Positions 1 through 9,422 of a stretch of DNA of 38,893 nucleotides are shown piece by piece. The translations under genes were made by a program, and so were the position numbers. Numbering within the stretch: the first letter of the stretch is position 1; each line of letters starts with the position of its first letter. The notes below the pieces were generated by a model. The model worked only from the letters and a program-made list of their open reading frames with translations, was not told the DNA's origin and searched no databases. This stretch comes from Planctomycetaceae bacterium UBA4655 (lineage in GTDB: Bacteria > Planctomycetota > Planctomycetia > Pirellulales > UBA1268): positions 1 to 38,893 of the forward strand of contig DHLZ01000040.1 of the NCBI GenBank assembly GCA_002405515.1. Direction: 5' to 3'.

Positions 1-35
1 CTCCCGTGTCTCCTCCTCGCTCCCCAGCAGGTATT

Positions 36-102
36 CTTGCGCCTCGGGCTGCCGGGGTCTTCATCACAACGCCTGCATGGAAACTTGCGGCTCGGGTTTC
101 CG
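36..102. repeat. Two degenerate copies of the REP-like repeat downstream of plsC
   Basis: 36-55 reads CTTGCGCCTCGGGCTGCCGG. 71-102 matches the reverse complement of the extended copy at ~38682-38713 at 28 of 32 positions. Confidence 0.75.
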
Positions 103-140
103 TGGGACCGTGGTGGTGCTCAGTCAGCCGAAAACCACCG

Positions 141-896
141 TCAACAACAACGTGCTCGGATTGCCCGCTGGGCGAGGCGGCGGGGCGTGAGGATCGTGCG
201 GCCGTGGTTGCGGGCGGCGCGGGCCGCCGCGTCGAGATCGGTGAGCCTGCGGGTGCACTCCGCGAGGAGGGCGTCGTCGTCGAGCGCGGCGATCTCGGCG
301 GGGTGGAGCACCTCGCCGAATTCGAGCCGGATGCGGCCGGGGCCCGGCAGCACGCTCGTTCGCGGCCAGCACTCCCAGGCGCCCACGATCGCCACCGGCA
401 GGATCGGCACGCCCGACCGCCGTGCCAGCGGGATGAACCCGGGCTTGAGCGGTCCGAGCCGGCCCGTTTTCGTGCGGGTGCCCTCCGGGAAGATCATGAG
501 CGCGATGCCGCGCTTGAGCGCGGCGATCACCGTCTTCATCGACGTGACGCTCGGCGAGTCGCGGTCGATCGGGATCGCGCCGAGCGCGGCGATCACCGCG
601 CCGAACGGCCCGAAGTTGAAGAGCGAGCTGCGGGCCACGCTCGACAGCCGCCGGTCGCAGGCGAGGCCCAAGAGCAGCGGATCGAGATGGCTCTGGTGGC
701 TCGAGAGCAGGATCAGGCCGCCGGTCGGCGGCACCCTCTCGCGGAACCTCGCCCGGAAGCCGAACATCGACACGCCGAGCGTGCGGGAGAGCATCCACAG
801 CACCGCGTACACCGCGCGGCCGAACGCCGTCTGGCCGCCGACGCTGCCGATCACGGGCTTTTTCGTCGCCGGCTCCGGCGACGCGGTCACGTTCAT
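141..896 (-). CDS. plsC: 1-acyl-sn-glycerol-3-phosphate (lysophospholipid) acyltransferase
   Basis: HxxxxD motif (SHQSHLDP) and FPEGTR motif. Start trimmed to ATG 896 (MNVTASPEP), which has GGAGGA upstream. Follows cmk. Confidence 0.9.
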   Translation of the reverse strand: MNVTASPEPATKKPVIGSVGGQTAFGRAVYAVLWMLSRTLGVSMFGFRARFRERVPPTGGLILLSSHQSHLDPLLLGLACDRRLSSVARSSLFNFGPFGAVIAALGAIPIDRDSPSVTSMKTVIAALKRGIALMIFPEGTRTKTGRLGPLKPGFIPLARRSGVPILPVAIVGAWECWPRTSVLPGPGRIRLEFGEVLHPAEIAALDDDALLAECTRRLTDLDAAARAARNHGRTILTPRRLAQRAIRARCC

Positions 897-913
897 CGGA
901 TCAATCCTCCCGA

Positions 914-1588
914 TCAATCCTCTTCGGTGGTCGCGGCGGCGGCTTCCGCGGCGCGGATGAGGATGACGAGGCGTTCGACGACCTCTTCGTGGGAGAGGCC
1001 GTCGGTGATCACGTGGATCGCGTCGGCCGCCGGGACGAGCGGGCCGACGTCGCGGTTGGCGTCGGCTTCGTCGCGGCGGTTCTGCGCCGCGAGCACCTCC
1101 TCGATCGCGACCTCGCGGCCGCGGGCCCGCTCCTCCTCGCACCGCCGCCTCGCCCGCTCGGCCGGCGAGGCCGTGAGGAAGATCTTGAGCGACGCATTCG
1201 GGAAGACGACCGTGCCCTGGTCGCGGCCCTCCGTGATCACGTCGGCATTCTCCGCCACCTGCCGCTGGAGCGCCGTCATCACCTCGCGGACGGCCGCCGC
1301 GTCGGCGACGTGCCGCGTGGCGTCGGTGATCTCCTTCGTGCGGATCGCCTCGGAGACGTCGCGGCCATCGACGAGCACGCGTCCGGAATCGAACGTGATC
1401 GCGATCGTGCCGGCGAGTTCGGCCACCTGCTTGGTGGCCGTGAGATCGATGCCACGTTGGAGGGCGGCCCACGCGACGGCACGGTACATGGCGCCGGTGT
1501 CGAGGTAGTGCCAGCCGATCCGCTTGGCGACCGCGCGGGCCGCGGTGCTCTTGCCGGCTCCGGCCGGCCCGTCGAGCGTGACGATCAT
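914..1588 (-). CDS. cmk: Cytidylate kinase
   Basis: MIVTLDGPAGAGKST P-loop, LDTGAMYR, EGRDQGTVVFPNA and KIFLTAS motifs. Confidence 0.97.
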   Translation of the reverse strand: MIVTLDGPAGAGKSTAARAVAKRIGWHYLDTGAMYRAVAWAALQRGIDLTATKQVAELAGTIAITFDSGRVLVDGRDVSEAIRTKEITDATRHVADAAAVREVMTALQRQVAENADVITEGRDQGTVVFPNASLKIFLTASPAERARRRCEEERARGREVAIEEVLAAQNRRDEADANRDVGPLVPAADAIHVITDGLSHEEVVERLVILIRAAEAAAATTEED

Positions 1589-3888
1589 GACGCGACCTCC
1601 GCGAGGGCCGCCGGGCGGGCCTCGCCGGCCAGCGTGAGCGACGTTTCCCCCGGCGAGCTCAGGCCGAGCCCGACGGCGAGATGGCGGGTGATTTTGAGCG
1701 GAAAGGCACGCGAAGCATCGGTCCGGGGGGCGTCGGGCGTGGTGTGTGGGGAGTCAACTCCCCTCTCGGCTTGCGCCTCGGGCTTCCGTATGGCGGTGGT
1801 GCCCTCGGGGAATGCCGAGGGAATGAGGATCGTGTCGAGCATGTGCGGGCTCGAGCGGACGTGCCACGGAAGGCCGCCGGTGAGGAGCGTGGAACCGATG
1901 CCGCGAAATTCGACGAAGTGTTTCGCGAAAAACACCGACCGCTCCGTGGCCCACGACTCCCCGTGGAGGCTGCGAAAGAGTTCGACATCCACGTTTTCGT
2001 TCCACGCGAACCGGCAGACGACGGACGCATGAAACCAGTCGGCAGCGTCGGTCGCGACCGGCAGCGGCGAGGCGAGGTCGATCGCGATCTCGAACCGTGC
2101 GATCGCGAGGGCCGGCTCGAGCCAGACCTTCTGCCGGAACGTTCCGAAGAGACGCTTCTCGTCGAAGAGCCGGCCGCGGCTCTCGATCGCCCGCTCGCCG
2201 CCGGGCCCGACCGCCGCGGCGATCGAGTCGGCCGCCATCTGCGAATACTCGGCCCGGTCGAGCGGATCTGCCCAGCGGTTGCCGGCCGCGAGCGACGGCG
2301 TCGTGCGAACGGCGAGCCGCTGCGAGAGACGGTTGGCCGCCGAGCCCGCCTCCCGAAACGCGAGCATGCCGCCCGTCTCGGCGTGGACGCGGAGCGAGAC
2401 GAGGCCGTTGTCGAGCCGCAGGGTGTCGTCGGCGGTTTTCCGGCGCGTTCGCAGCAGGCCGAAGAGGCCGCCGCGGGACTCGGCCACGGCGGCGGAATGC
2501 CCGTTCTGCGACGCCGTCGAGAGCGGCCGCGCGGCCGCCTCGGGCTGGGGATCGAAATCCGAGGCGAGCGGCGAGGGCCCGGGAAACGCGTCGGGCTGGA
2601 AGTCGGCCCGCGTGCTCATGCCCATGGTCTCGCGGATGAGATGCTCCGGCAGGACGAACCTGCCGAGGAAGTCGCTCCACTCGGCGATCCGTCGGACGTC
2701 GTCGTACCAGCGTTGGGCCGTGCCCGGGTAATGGGCGAAGGCGAGGATCGCGTTGTGGGAGTGGTCGAGCGTGTCGCCGATCGTGTCGGCGAGCGAAAGC
2801 CCGGCGTCGGTGGATCGGGCGTCGATCGGCGGGCACGAGATACCCTCGATCGCGTCGCCCGACGGGCTCTCCCACCGCAGCCTCGACGCCGCCGGATCCG
2901 GCAGCCGCGAGCCGTCGAAGAGACGGTAGATCGCGGAGGTGAACCCCGACTCCAGCAGCAGCTTCGGCAGGATCGCCGCGAGGCCGCCCGTGCGACGTGC
3001 GAAGGTCGTGGGGAGATGGCCCGTGACGCTCTCCCACGCCCCGCGTCCGCGGCGAAGCGACGCGAGCATCTCGTCGCTGGAGAGTCGGTGGATGGCGGAG
3101 TCGTCGTAGAGACCGCTGGCGGCGGCGAGCGTGCCGGAGGAAAGCCGCTCGCGGAGGAGGGTGGCGAGGTCGCCTCGCGTTTCGCCGAGACGCTCGACGA
3201 GCTGGCCCGTGGCGATGACCACCCGCGGGCCGGGCCGAAGCAGCTCCGCGGCGAGCGTGTCGCCGAGCGTCGAGCCCGCGAGGAGCACGAGATCGAGCAG
3301 CCAGATGTCCACGGGGTAGTAACGCTTTCGCGAGGCGGAGAGCGTCGCGAAACATTCCGTGAGCCGGTCCCGCATCGCCTCGCCGTCGCCGGCGAGGGCG
3401 GCCTCGGCCGCAGCCACGGCGGCTGCCCGAAAAGCCTCCTCGTCGATCGCCAGCGACGATCGCATCCGCCGCGCGAGCAGCTCGGCCAGGAGCCGGGCGA
3501 GGCCGAGGGCGTGGAAGTCGTCGGCGTGGGGGCAGGGCAGGGGAGAGGGGGCGGTTTCGCCGGTCAGGTGTGCCAGGGCCGCCCGCGCGATCCCCTCGCG
3601 ATCCCGCTGCCCCCGCACGAGCCGGGCGGTGCCGGAGGCGTCGATGCCGATCGCGGAAAGCCTGTCGTCGAAGGCGGCCGGAACGACGAAGACCGTCTCA
3701 TCGACATCGTCGGCGTCCCGGTCGAGGCTGCCCGCCTCTGGCAGCCGGCCCGTCGCCGCCAGGAGGGAGGGATGCCAGGCCGCCACCCAGGCCTCGAGCA
3801 GGTCGCCGGCCTCGGCATCGTGGAGCCACGACGGAAAATCCTCGAGGGAACGGCAGGGGAGGAGCACCGTAATCCGCGAGGGCTTCAT
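1585..3888 (-). CDS. Conserved hypothetical protein, glycoside hydrolase family 38 (alpha-mannosidase)-like
   Basis: 767-aa ORF overlapping the cmk start (ATGA). N-terminal LLPCRSLEDFP, RLRWESPSGDAI and C-terminal LDNGLVSLRVHAETGG segments resemble GH38-like architecture. Catalytic function not established. Confidence 0.6.
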   Translation of the reverse strand: MKPSRITVLLPCRSLEDFPSWLHDAEAGDLLEAWVAAWHPSLLAATGRLPEAGSLDRDADDVDETVFVVPAAFDDRLSAIGIDASGTARLVRGQRDREGIARAALAHLTGETAPSPLPCPHADDFHALGLARLLAELLARRMRSSLAIDEEAFRAAAVAAAEAALAGDGEAMRDRLTECFATLSASRKRYYPVDIWLLDLVLLAGSTLGDTLAAELLRPGPRVVIATGQLVERLGETRGDLATLLRERLSSGTLAAASGLYDDSAIHRLSSDEMLASLRRGRGAWESVTGHLPTTFARRTGGLAAILPKLLLESGFTSAIYRLFDGSRLPDPAASRLRWESPSGDAIEGISCPPIDARSTDAGLSLADTIGDTLDHSHNAILAFAHYPGTAQRWYDDVRRIAEWSDFLGRFVLPEHLIRETMGMSTRADFQPDAFPGPSPLASDFDPQPEAAARPLSTASQNGHSAAVAESRGGLFGLLRTRRKTADDTLRLDNGLVSLRVHAETGGMLAFREAGSAANRLSQRLAVRTTPSLAAGNRWADPLDRAEYSQMAADSIAAAVGPGGERAIESRGRLFDEKRLFGTFRQKVWLEPALAIARFEIAIDLASPLPVATDAADWFHASVVCRFAWNENVDVELFRSLHGESWATERSVFFAKHFVEFRGIGSTLLTGGLPWHVRSSPHMLDTILIPSAFPEGTTAIRKPEAQAERGVDSPHTTPDAPRTDASRAFPLKITRHLAVGLGLSSPGETSLTLAGEARPAALAEVAS
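1754..1788. repeat. REP-like repeat copy inside coding sequence
   Basis: TCAACTCCCCTCTCGGCTTGCGCCTCGGGCTTCCG is identical over 35 nt to 38839-38873. It is translated as [12 protein letters not shown] in the GH38-like protein. Confidence 0.9.
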
Positions 3889-3900
3889 GACGGAAGTCTA
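3889..3900 (-). promoter_or_regulatory. Putative -10 box of a leaderless transcript
   Basis: Minus strand reads TAGACT-TCCGTC-ATG: a TAnnnT hexamer 6 nt before the start codon, with no Shine-Dalgarno sequence. Confidence 0.5.
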
Positions 3901-3954
3901 CTTCAAGTCGGACGGCCTGCTTGGGCATGGCCGCGGCGGCGCAAGCGGAGTGGT

Positions 3955-3984
3955 TTGACACGGGGAAAAGCGGGTCCATACAGT
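3955..3984 (+). promoter_or_regulatory. Sigma70-type promoter of the pilM operon
   Basis: TTGACA (3955-3960), 18-nt spacer, TACAGT (3979-3984), 16 nt upstream of the pilM ATG. Confidence 0.65.
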
Positions 3985-4000
3985 CTTGAAGGGACTCTTC

Positions 4001-6091
4001 ATGGCACGCACCGGGTACGTCTGGGCAATCGACATCGGCCGTTGCGGCCTGAAGGCCCTGCGCGCCCGTCGGTCGGACGACCCGCGGAAGCTCCTGATCG
4101 ACGCGGTCGAGTCGATCGAATACCCGATGATCCTGACGCAGCCGGAGGCCGATCCGGTCGAGCTGGTCAGGCAGGCGCTCCTGGAGTTCAAGGGCCGCCA
4201 GTCGATCCGTGGCGACAAGGTGGCCGTGTCCGTGCCCGGGCAGGCGGGACTCTCGAAGTTCATCAAGCTGCCGCCGATCGAAGCGAAAAAGATCCCCGAC
4301 ATCGTCCGCTACGAGGCGAGGCAGCAGATCCCGTTTCCGCTCGAGCAGGTCGTCTGGGACTGGCAGCGGCTCGCCGGCGGCATGGAGGAAGGGGGATTCG
4401 TCATCGACGCGGAGGTGGCGATCTTCGCGATGAAGCGGGAGCAGGTCTACAAGGCGCTCTCGCCGCTCACCGAGGCGGGCATCGAGGTGGACGTCTTGCA
4501 GCTCTCGCCGGTGGCCCTGGCGAACATGCTGGTCTTCGACCAGCTTCCCGATCCCGCCACCGCCGATCCGACGAAGCCGCCCGATTCGATCGTGCTGGTT
4601 TCCAGCGGCGTCGATACCACCGACATCGTGATCACCAACGGCTTCCGCATCTGGCAGCGGAGCATGCCGATCGGCGGCAACGCCTTCACGAAGGCGATCG
4701 TGCAGGGGATGAAGCTCACGTTCGCCAAGGCGGAGCATCTCAAGCGAAACGCCGTGAAGGCGGAAGACCCGAAGATGGTCTTCAAGGTGATGCGGCCGGT
4801 GTTCAACGAGTTCGCCTCCGAGCTGCAGCGGTCGCTCAACTACTTCACCGGCACCGACCGCAACGCCAAGATCGGCAAGGTCTACCTGCTCGGCAACGCG
4901 GTGAAGCTCCGCGGCCTCTCCGATTTCGTTTCCAAGCAGCTGCAGCTCGACGTGCAGCGGCTCGAGAGCTTCCGCGGCCTCGACGGGCCGGGCGTGAACT
5001 CGCCGGAGTTTCGCGAAAACAAGCTCGCCTTCGGCACCGCCTACGGACTCGCCGTGCAGACGGTGGGCGACGCGACGGTCCGCACGAACCTCCTGCCGCC
5101 GGCGATCCTGCGGGACCGGCTCATCGAGTCGAAGAAGCCGGCGACGGCGCTGACGCTCGTGGCGCTCCTGGTCGGCGGGCTGCTCGGCTTCGCGGGGACC
5201 TACTCGGCCTGGACCACGTACGCCGACACGCTCTACCGCGGCGCCTTCTCGAAGGCCGATGCCGTGGCAAGCCGCTCGCAGAAGGTGATCGGTGAGGTTG
5301 AAGCGGCGAAGGGGGGCCGCGAAGCCGCGATCGCGGAGCAGCAGATCTTCATCGACGCCACGGCCCGCAGGTTCCAGGCGATCGACCTCATGCGGGCGAT
5401 CAACGGGCTGTTGCCACGGGACAAGCAGGGAAAGATTCCCGCGAATCCGGCCGACCGCAACGAGATCCATGTCGATGCGATCGACTGCGAGTGGTTTCCC
5501 GATCTCGCCGGATGGTTCGCGGGCGTGAAGGAGAAATGGGACGAAACGCACCCGAGGTCGGAAGAGGTGGAGGCCGTGGCGGCCTTCCAGCCCCCGCAGG
5601 TCGGTCCGGATGGCGAGCCGCTCCCCGCGGCTGCGGCCAAGACCGATGCCGCCGCCGCCAACGGCGACGCGACGCCGAGCGGAGCGGGCTGGGTGATCCA
5701 GATCAACGGCCACCACTTCCACAACGAGCCTCACCACAAGGGCCACGAGGGAGCGCAGTTTGTGCGAGAGACGCTCGTCCGCAACCTGCTCGGCGAGGGG
5801 GATGAGGTGATCGTGACGGCCGGCCCGCTCGCCGGGAAGAGCGTCTCGGTGAAGGAACTGGGGATCGGGTTTCCCGTGATCGTGCAGGCTTCGACCGTGA
5901 AGATGGTGAGGATGCAGCGGCCCGGGACCGGGGAAAAAACGGCCCCCGGGCAGGCCGCCGACGTCGACGAGGTGAAACTGCGGCAGTTCGACTTCATCGT
6001 GCAGTTTTGCTGGCAGCCGACCGTGCCCGGGTCGGACAAGCCGAAGCCGGCCGGCCAACTCGACGCCGCCCCCGCGGCCGCAGACAATTGA
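4001..6091 (+). CDS. pilM: Type IV pilus assembly protein PilM with a C-terminal membrane-anchored (PilN-like) extension
   Basis: Actin/FtsA-like WAIDIG and VRYEARQQIPFPLE motifs, IGGNAFTKAI, ELQRSLNYF. Then TNLLP (PilN-type INLLP motif), a hydrophobic helix and a ~280-aa extracytoplasmic part. ATG 4001 preceded by GAAGGGA. Confidence 0.88.
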   Translation: MARTGYVWAIDIGRCGLKALRARRSDDPRKLLIDAVESIEYPMILTQPEADPVELVRQALLEFKGRQSIRGDKVAVSVPGQAGLSKFIKLPPIEAKKIPDIVRYEARQQIPFPLEQVVWDWQRLAGGMEEGGFVIDAEVAIFAMKREQVYKALSPLTEAGIEVDVLQLSPVALANMLVFDQLPDPATADPTKPPDSIVLVSSGVDTTDIVITNGFRIWQRSMPIGGNAFTKAIVQGMKLTFAKAEHLKRNAVKAEDPKMVFKVMRPVFNEFASELQRSLNYFTGTDRNAKIGKVYLLGNAVKLRGLSDFVSKQLQLDVQRLESFRGLDGPGVNSPEFRENKLAFGTAYGLAVQTVGDATVRTNLLPPAILRDRLIESKKPATALTLVALLVGGLLGFAGTYSAWTTYADTLYRGAFSKADAVASRSQKVIGEVEAAKGGREAAIAEQQIFIDATARRFQAIDLMRAINGLLPRDKQGKIPANPADRNEIHVDAIDCEWFPDLAGWFAGVKEKWDETHPRSEEVEAVAAFQPPQVGPDGEPLPAAAAKTDAAAANGDATPSGAGWVIQINGHHFHNEPHHKGHEGAQFVRETLVRNLLGEGDEVIVTAGPLAGKSVSVKELGIGFPVIVQASTVKMVRMQRPGTGEKTAPGQAADVDEVKLRQFDFIVQFCWQPTVPGSDKPKPAGQLDAAPAAADN

Positions 6092-6095
6092 CGTC

Positions 6096-7511
6096 ATGCA
6101 GATCCCCGACAACATCCGCCCCGCGGTCGAGATCGTCGTCAAGCACCATTTCTGGATGCTCGCGGCGGTGGTGCCGCTCATCGTGCTGCCGCTGACGTTG
6201 CTCGCGGCGGGTGACCTCTCGCAGAAGATCAAGGCGAAGCAGGGCGCCATCGACTCGAAGCTGGCTTCGGTGCGGAACGTCCAGGGCGTTGCCGAGCATC
6301 CCAACGAGCGGTGGGTGGAGGTGCTCGCCCGCGATACCGTGAATGTGAAGCGGGAAACGTTTGCCGTGTGGAAGCGGTTCCACGACTCGCAGGCTCCGAT
6401 CCGCGTCTGGCCGGCCGAGCTGCTCGGCGACGATTTCGTCGAACGGGCCTCGAAGCTCCAGCCCGGCGGCAGGCTCCCTCGACCGCTGCTCGAGCGCTAC
6501 CAGGAAGCCGTCAAGAACATCGTGCACACGCTCCCGAAGCGCATGGGCGCGGACGACCTGATGCCGAGCACGACCGGCGAGGAGGCCGTCGCTCGGCCCG
6601 CCAGCCCGGCGGCAGCGCCGCGGCCTGCCTCGCGGTCGATCGTGCAGTGGCCCGAAGGTGATCAGAGGCGGATCTATGATTCGTTCGACTGGCAAAAGCC
6701 GCCGACGACCGTGCAGGTGCAGCTGGCGCAGGAGGAAATCTGGATGTACGGAATCCTCTGCGACATCGTGAAGGCGATGAACGCGAGGGCCACAGCCGCG
6801 TTCGATGCGGTGATTCCGCTCGTCGAGGAACTGTCCGTCGGGTATCCCGCGGCGGAGGACAAGCCCGGTGGCGCCGGCGAAAACCGGGTCATGCGGGTGA
6901 GCGTACCGGCGGCCGGGGCCGCTCCTGATGGCGGCGGGCAGCCCGGTGCCGGGCCGCTCTCGCGGCCGGGGCATCCGCGGTTCGCGGGAGGCGGTGGCAA
7001 CACGCCCAAGGGCTCGACCGGCGACGGGCCCGCGTCGGCCGACGACGTCTTTCGCAACTGGATCTACGTGGACTACGGCGGCAGGCCGCTCATGGCCGCC
7101 GAGCAGATGGCGTCGCTTGCCAACAGGATGATTCATTTCATGCCGTTCCGACTGCGGGTCGTGATCGACCAGCGACGACTCGACGACCTGCTCGTGTCGC
7201 TTGCCGGCTCGCCGATTCCGATCGACGTGCGGCAGGTGAGGATCAATGCCGGCGGGTCGGGCCCACGGACCAGCGGCGGCGGTGGCGGACCGGGCGGCCC
7301 TGGCGAAACAGGGAGGCCCCATGACGTCTCCGTGGAGATTCGTGGTTCGATCGCCGTGGCCGGCCAGCCGGATCGCAAGGCGGTGTTGGGCGACCTGCCC
7401 GACGACCAGGCACCGTCGCAAGACCCTGCCGCAACGGTCGAGAGCGAGCCTGCCGGCACTGCTCCCGCGCCGTCGGCTGAAGAGGCTCCTGTCGCCCCGG
7501 AGGCCAACTGA
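6096..7511 (+). CDS. Hypothetical membrane-anchored protein in pilM operon (possibly PilO-like)
   Basis: 471 aa, N-terminal hydrophobic helix (KHHFWMLAAVV...) followed by a coiled-coil-like stretch. Starts 4 nt after pilM. Confidence 0.7.
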   Translation: MQIPDNIRPAVEIVVKHHFWMLAAVVPLIVLPLTLLAAGDLSQKIKAKQGAIDSKLASVRNVQGVAEHPNERWVEVLARDTVNVKRETFAVWKRFHDSQAPIRVWPAELLGDDFVERASKLQPGGRLPRPLLERYQEAVKNIVHTLPKRMGADDLMPSTTGEEAVARPASPAAAPRPASRSIVQWPEGDQRRIYDSFDWQKPPTTVQVQLAQEEIWMYGILCDIVKAMNARATAAFDAVIPLVEELSVGYPAAEDKPGGAGENRVMRVSVPAAGAAPDGGGQPGAGPLSRPGHPRFAGGGGNTPKGSTGDGPASADDVFRNWIYVDYGGRPLMAAEQMASLANRMIHFMPFRLRVVIDQRRLDDLLVSLAGSPIPIDVRQVRINAGGSGPRTSGGGGGPGGPGETGRPHDVSVEIRGSIAVAGQPDRKAVLGDLPDDQAPSQDPAATVESEPAGTAPAPSAEEAPVAPEAN

Positions 7512-9418
7512 TGAAACTTCCCGACGCGATTTCCGGGCTGAACAAGGAGAAGATCCTCGAGCTTCTGATCCGGTACGGCGACAAGGCCGTGCTTGCGATC
7601 GTGCTGCTTTCTTCCTGCGGCCTCGCGTGGGGCGGGATCGACGCCCTGCGGTCGAAGAGCGTGTCGATCGCGCGGCAGCCGAGGTCGATCGAGCAGGCCG
7701 CCACGATGGCCGAAACCCATGTCGCCCAGCTCAAGGCGCCGCCCCAGAGCGTGCGGGGGAAGGCCGAGCCGCTCGCCGTGAAATTGGAGCCCTGGCGCTC
7801 GCCGAAGCTCGCGCCGGCGACGTCGTCTCCGCTGTTCGTCAAGCCGCTGTTCGAGGAGCTTGCGAAACGATCGAAGCCGGAAGTGTTTCCGATCGAGCAA
7901 CTCCAGGCGACGGCGGGCGTCGTCGTGGTCGCCTTGGCCGACCGGCCGGCGAATCCCGCGGCCGCAGCGGGCCCGGCGGCGGCGACGGCCCCGGGCGACA
8001 AGCCCGGTGATCGTGAGCGTCCCGGCGCGGGCCGCCGACCGCCAAAGAAGCCAGACGCGAATCCGGCCGATCCGTTCGGTGGTCCGGGAACACAGCCCGG
8101 CGGACCGCCGGCCGAGCCGCCTGGAGCGGGTGCCGTGCGGTCTCGTGGGCGGATCACGCCGTTCGTCGTGGTGACGGGCCTCGTGCCCCACGAGAAACAG
8201 GTGGAGGAGTATCGGCGGCGGTTCGCGAAGACGAGCTACACGAACGAGAAGAGCGACTCGCCCACTTGGAGCGAGTATCTCGTCGAGCGGATGGAAGTGG
8301 GGCCTGACGGACAGGAGAACTGGCAGCGGATGGACCTCAAGCTCCTCGCGAAGAAGGCACGCGAGGAGTGGGCCGGCATCCAGCCGGAGTCGCTGCCGCC
8401 CGACATCTTCATGCCCGGCGGCGGGCAGGGGCCGGCGGCAGCCGCGTCTTCTGCCAACTACTGTCTGCCGCTGCCAAGGCTCGTTGCGGAATCGTGGGGC
8501 CCGGAATCGATCCACCCGACGTTGCTCGACGTCGTGAGGCGGGCGTGGGTGAAGCCGACGGGGGGCTCGCCTCAATCGCCGGCGGAGTCGGACTCCGGAG
8601 TCCCCGAAGAGCTGGCTCCGGACCGGCCCGACTTCATGACACCGGAAGGACAGGGCGCGGGCGGCGGTTCCGGCGGTTCCCGGGAGCCAAAGCCGCCCGC
8701 AGGCGTGGCCGGCGATGGAAGGCGACCGACCGACGGGCTGCCGTTTCGGCTGTTTCGATTCGTCGATACGACCGTGCAGATGGGCCGCAGCTACCGCTAT
8801 CGCGTGCGGCTGTCGCTCTGGAATCCCAATTTTGGTCTGCAGGCACGCTACTTGAACGACTCGAAGCTCGCCGAGAACGAACGGCTCGCTTCGGCTCCGA
8901 GCGAGCCGTCGCCGGCAGCGAGAGTGCCGACGACGATGGGGTTTCTCGCCCGCACGCTCTCCAAGGCCGACATGAAGCGGTTCAAGGCAGGCATGCTCGA
9001 GGCGCTCGTGATCGCCGAGACCGCGAAGACCGGCAACTACTCGCTTCGCAGCGTCATCACGGAGGTGGGAGGCCTCGTGAACGTGGACTCGCGGCTCAAC
9101 AAGCCGGGCGAAACGCGTGCCCGCGGAGAAGACATCCAGACCAATGCGGTCGTCGTGGACGTGCACGGGCGGCAGCAGGACCGGGCCGAGGAACGGGCGG
9201 GGGGGCGGTCGCCGCTTCCGCCGGAGCTGTTTGAAATCCTGGTGCTGCAGCCCGACGGGTCGTTCGCCGTGGCCTCCGTGGCCGAGTCGCAGGAGGTGAT
9301 CGAACGCAACATCGCCACCCTGCCCGTGATCGAGTCGCCCGTGAAGGGCGGTACTCCCACGGCGCCCGGATCGAACCCGGCTCCAGCCGGCCAAATCACT
9401 CCAGTCAGCCCGTTCTGA
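7511..9418 (+). CDS. Hypothetical membrane-anchored protein in pilM operon
   Basis: 635 aa, start overlaps the upstream stop (TGATG). N-terminal transmembrane helix, Pro/Gly-rich linkers, and a beta-sandwich-like motif FRFVDTTVQMGRSYRYRVRL...NPNFG. Confidence 0.72.
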   Translation: MKLPDAISGLNKEKILELLIRYGDKAVLAIVLLSSCGLAWGGIDALRSKSVSIARQPRSIEQAATMAETHVAQLKAPPQSVRGKAEPLAVKLEPWRSPKLAPATSSPLFVKPLFEELAKRSKPEVFPIEQLQATAGVVVVALADRPANPAAAAGPAAATAPGDKPGDRERPGAGRRPPKKPDANPADPFGGPGTQPGGPPAEPPGAGAVRSRGRITPFVVVTGLVPHEKQVEEYRRRFAKTSYTNEKSDSPTWSEYLVERMEVGPDGQENWQRMDLKLLAKKAREEWAGIQPESLPPDIFMPGGGQGPAAAASSANYCLPLPRLVAESWGPESIHPTLLDVVRRAWVKPTGGSPQSPAESDSGVPEELAPDRPDFMTPEGQGAGGGSGGSREPKPPAGVAGDGRRPTDGLPFRLFRFVDTTVQMGRSYRYRVRLSLWNPNFGLQARYLNDSKLAENERLASAPSEPSPAARVPTTMGFLARTLSKADMKRFKAGMLEALVIAETAKTGNYSLRSVITEVGGLVNVDSRLNKPGETRARGEDIQTNAVVVDVHGRQQDRAEERAGGRSPLPPELFEILVLQPDGSFAVASVAESQEVIERNIATLPVIESPVKGGTPTAPGSNPAPAGQITPVSPF

Positions 9419-9422
9419 AGCC

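Noticed and set aside
1-20. GAGGAGG ribosome-binding site on the minus strand for a gene beyond the left edge
   Set aside because: The start codon and coding sequence fall outside the window, so nothing can be called.
3938-3950. GGCGCAAGCGGAG as another REP-like copy
   Set aside because: Only 12 of 13 nt match part of the core, which could be chance in GC-rich DNA.
1681-5295. 1204-aa plus-strand ORF and other long overlapping ORFs (3698-6304, 7133-9625, 33703-36096, 35234-37138)
   Set aside because: Arg/Gly/Pro-rich shadow frames of well-supported genes, expected in high-GC DNA, with no recognisable motifs.
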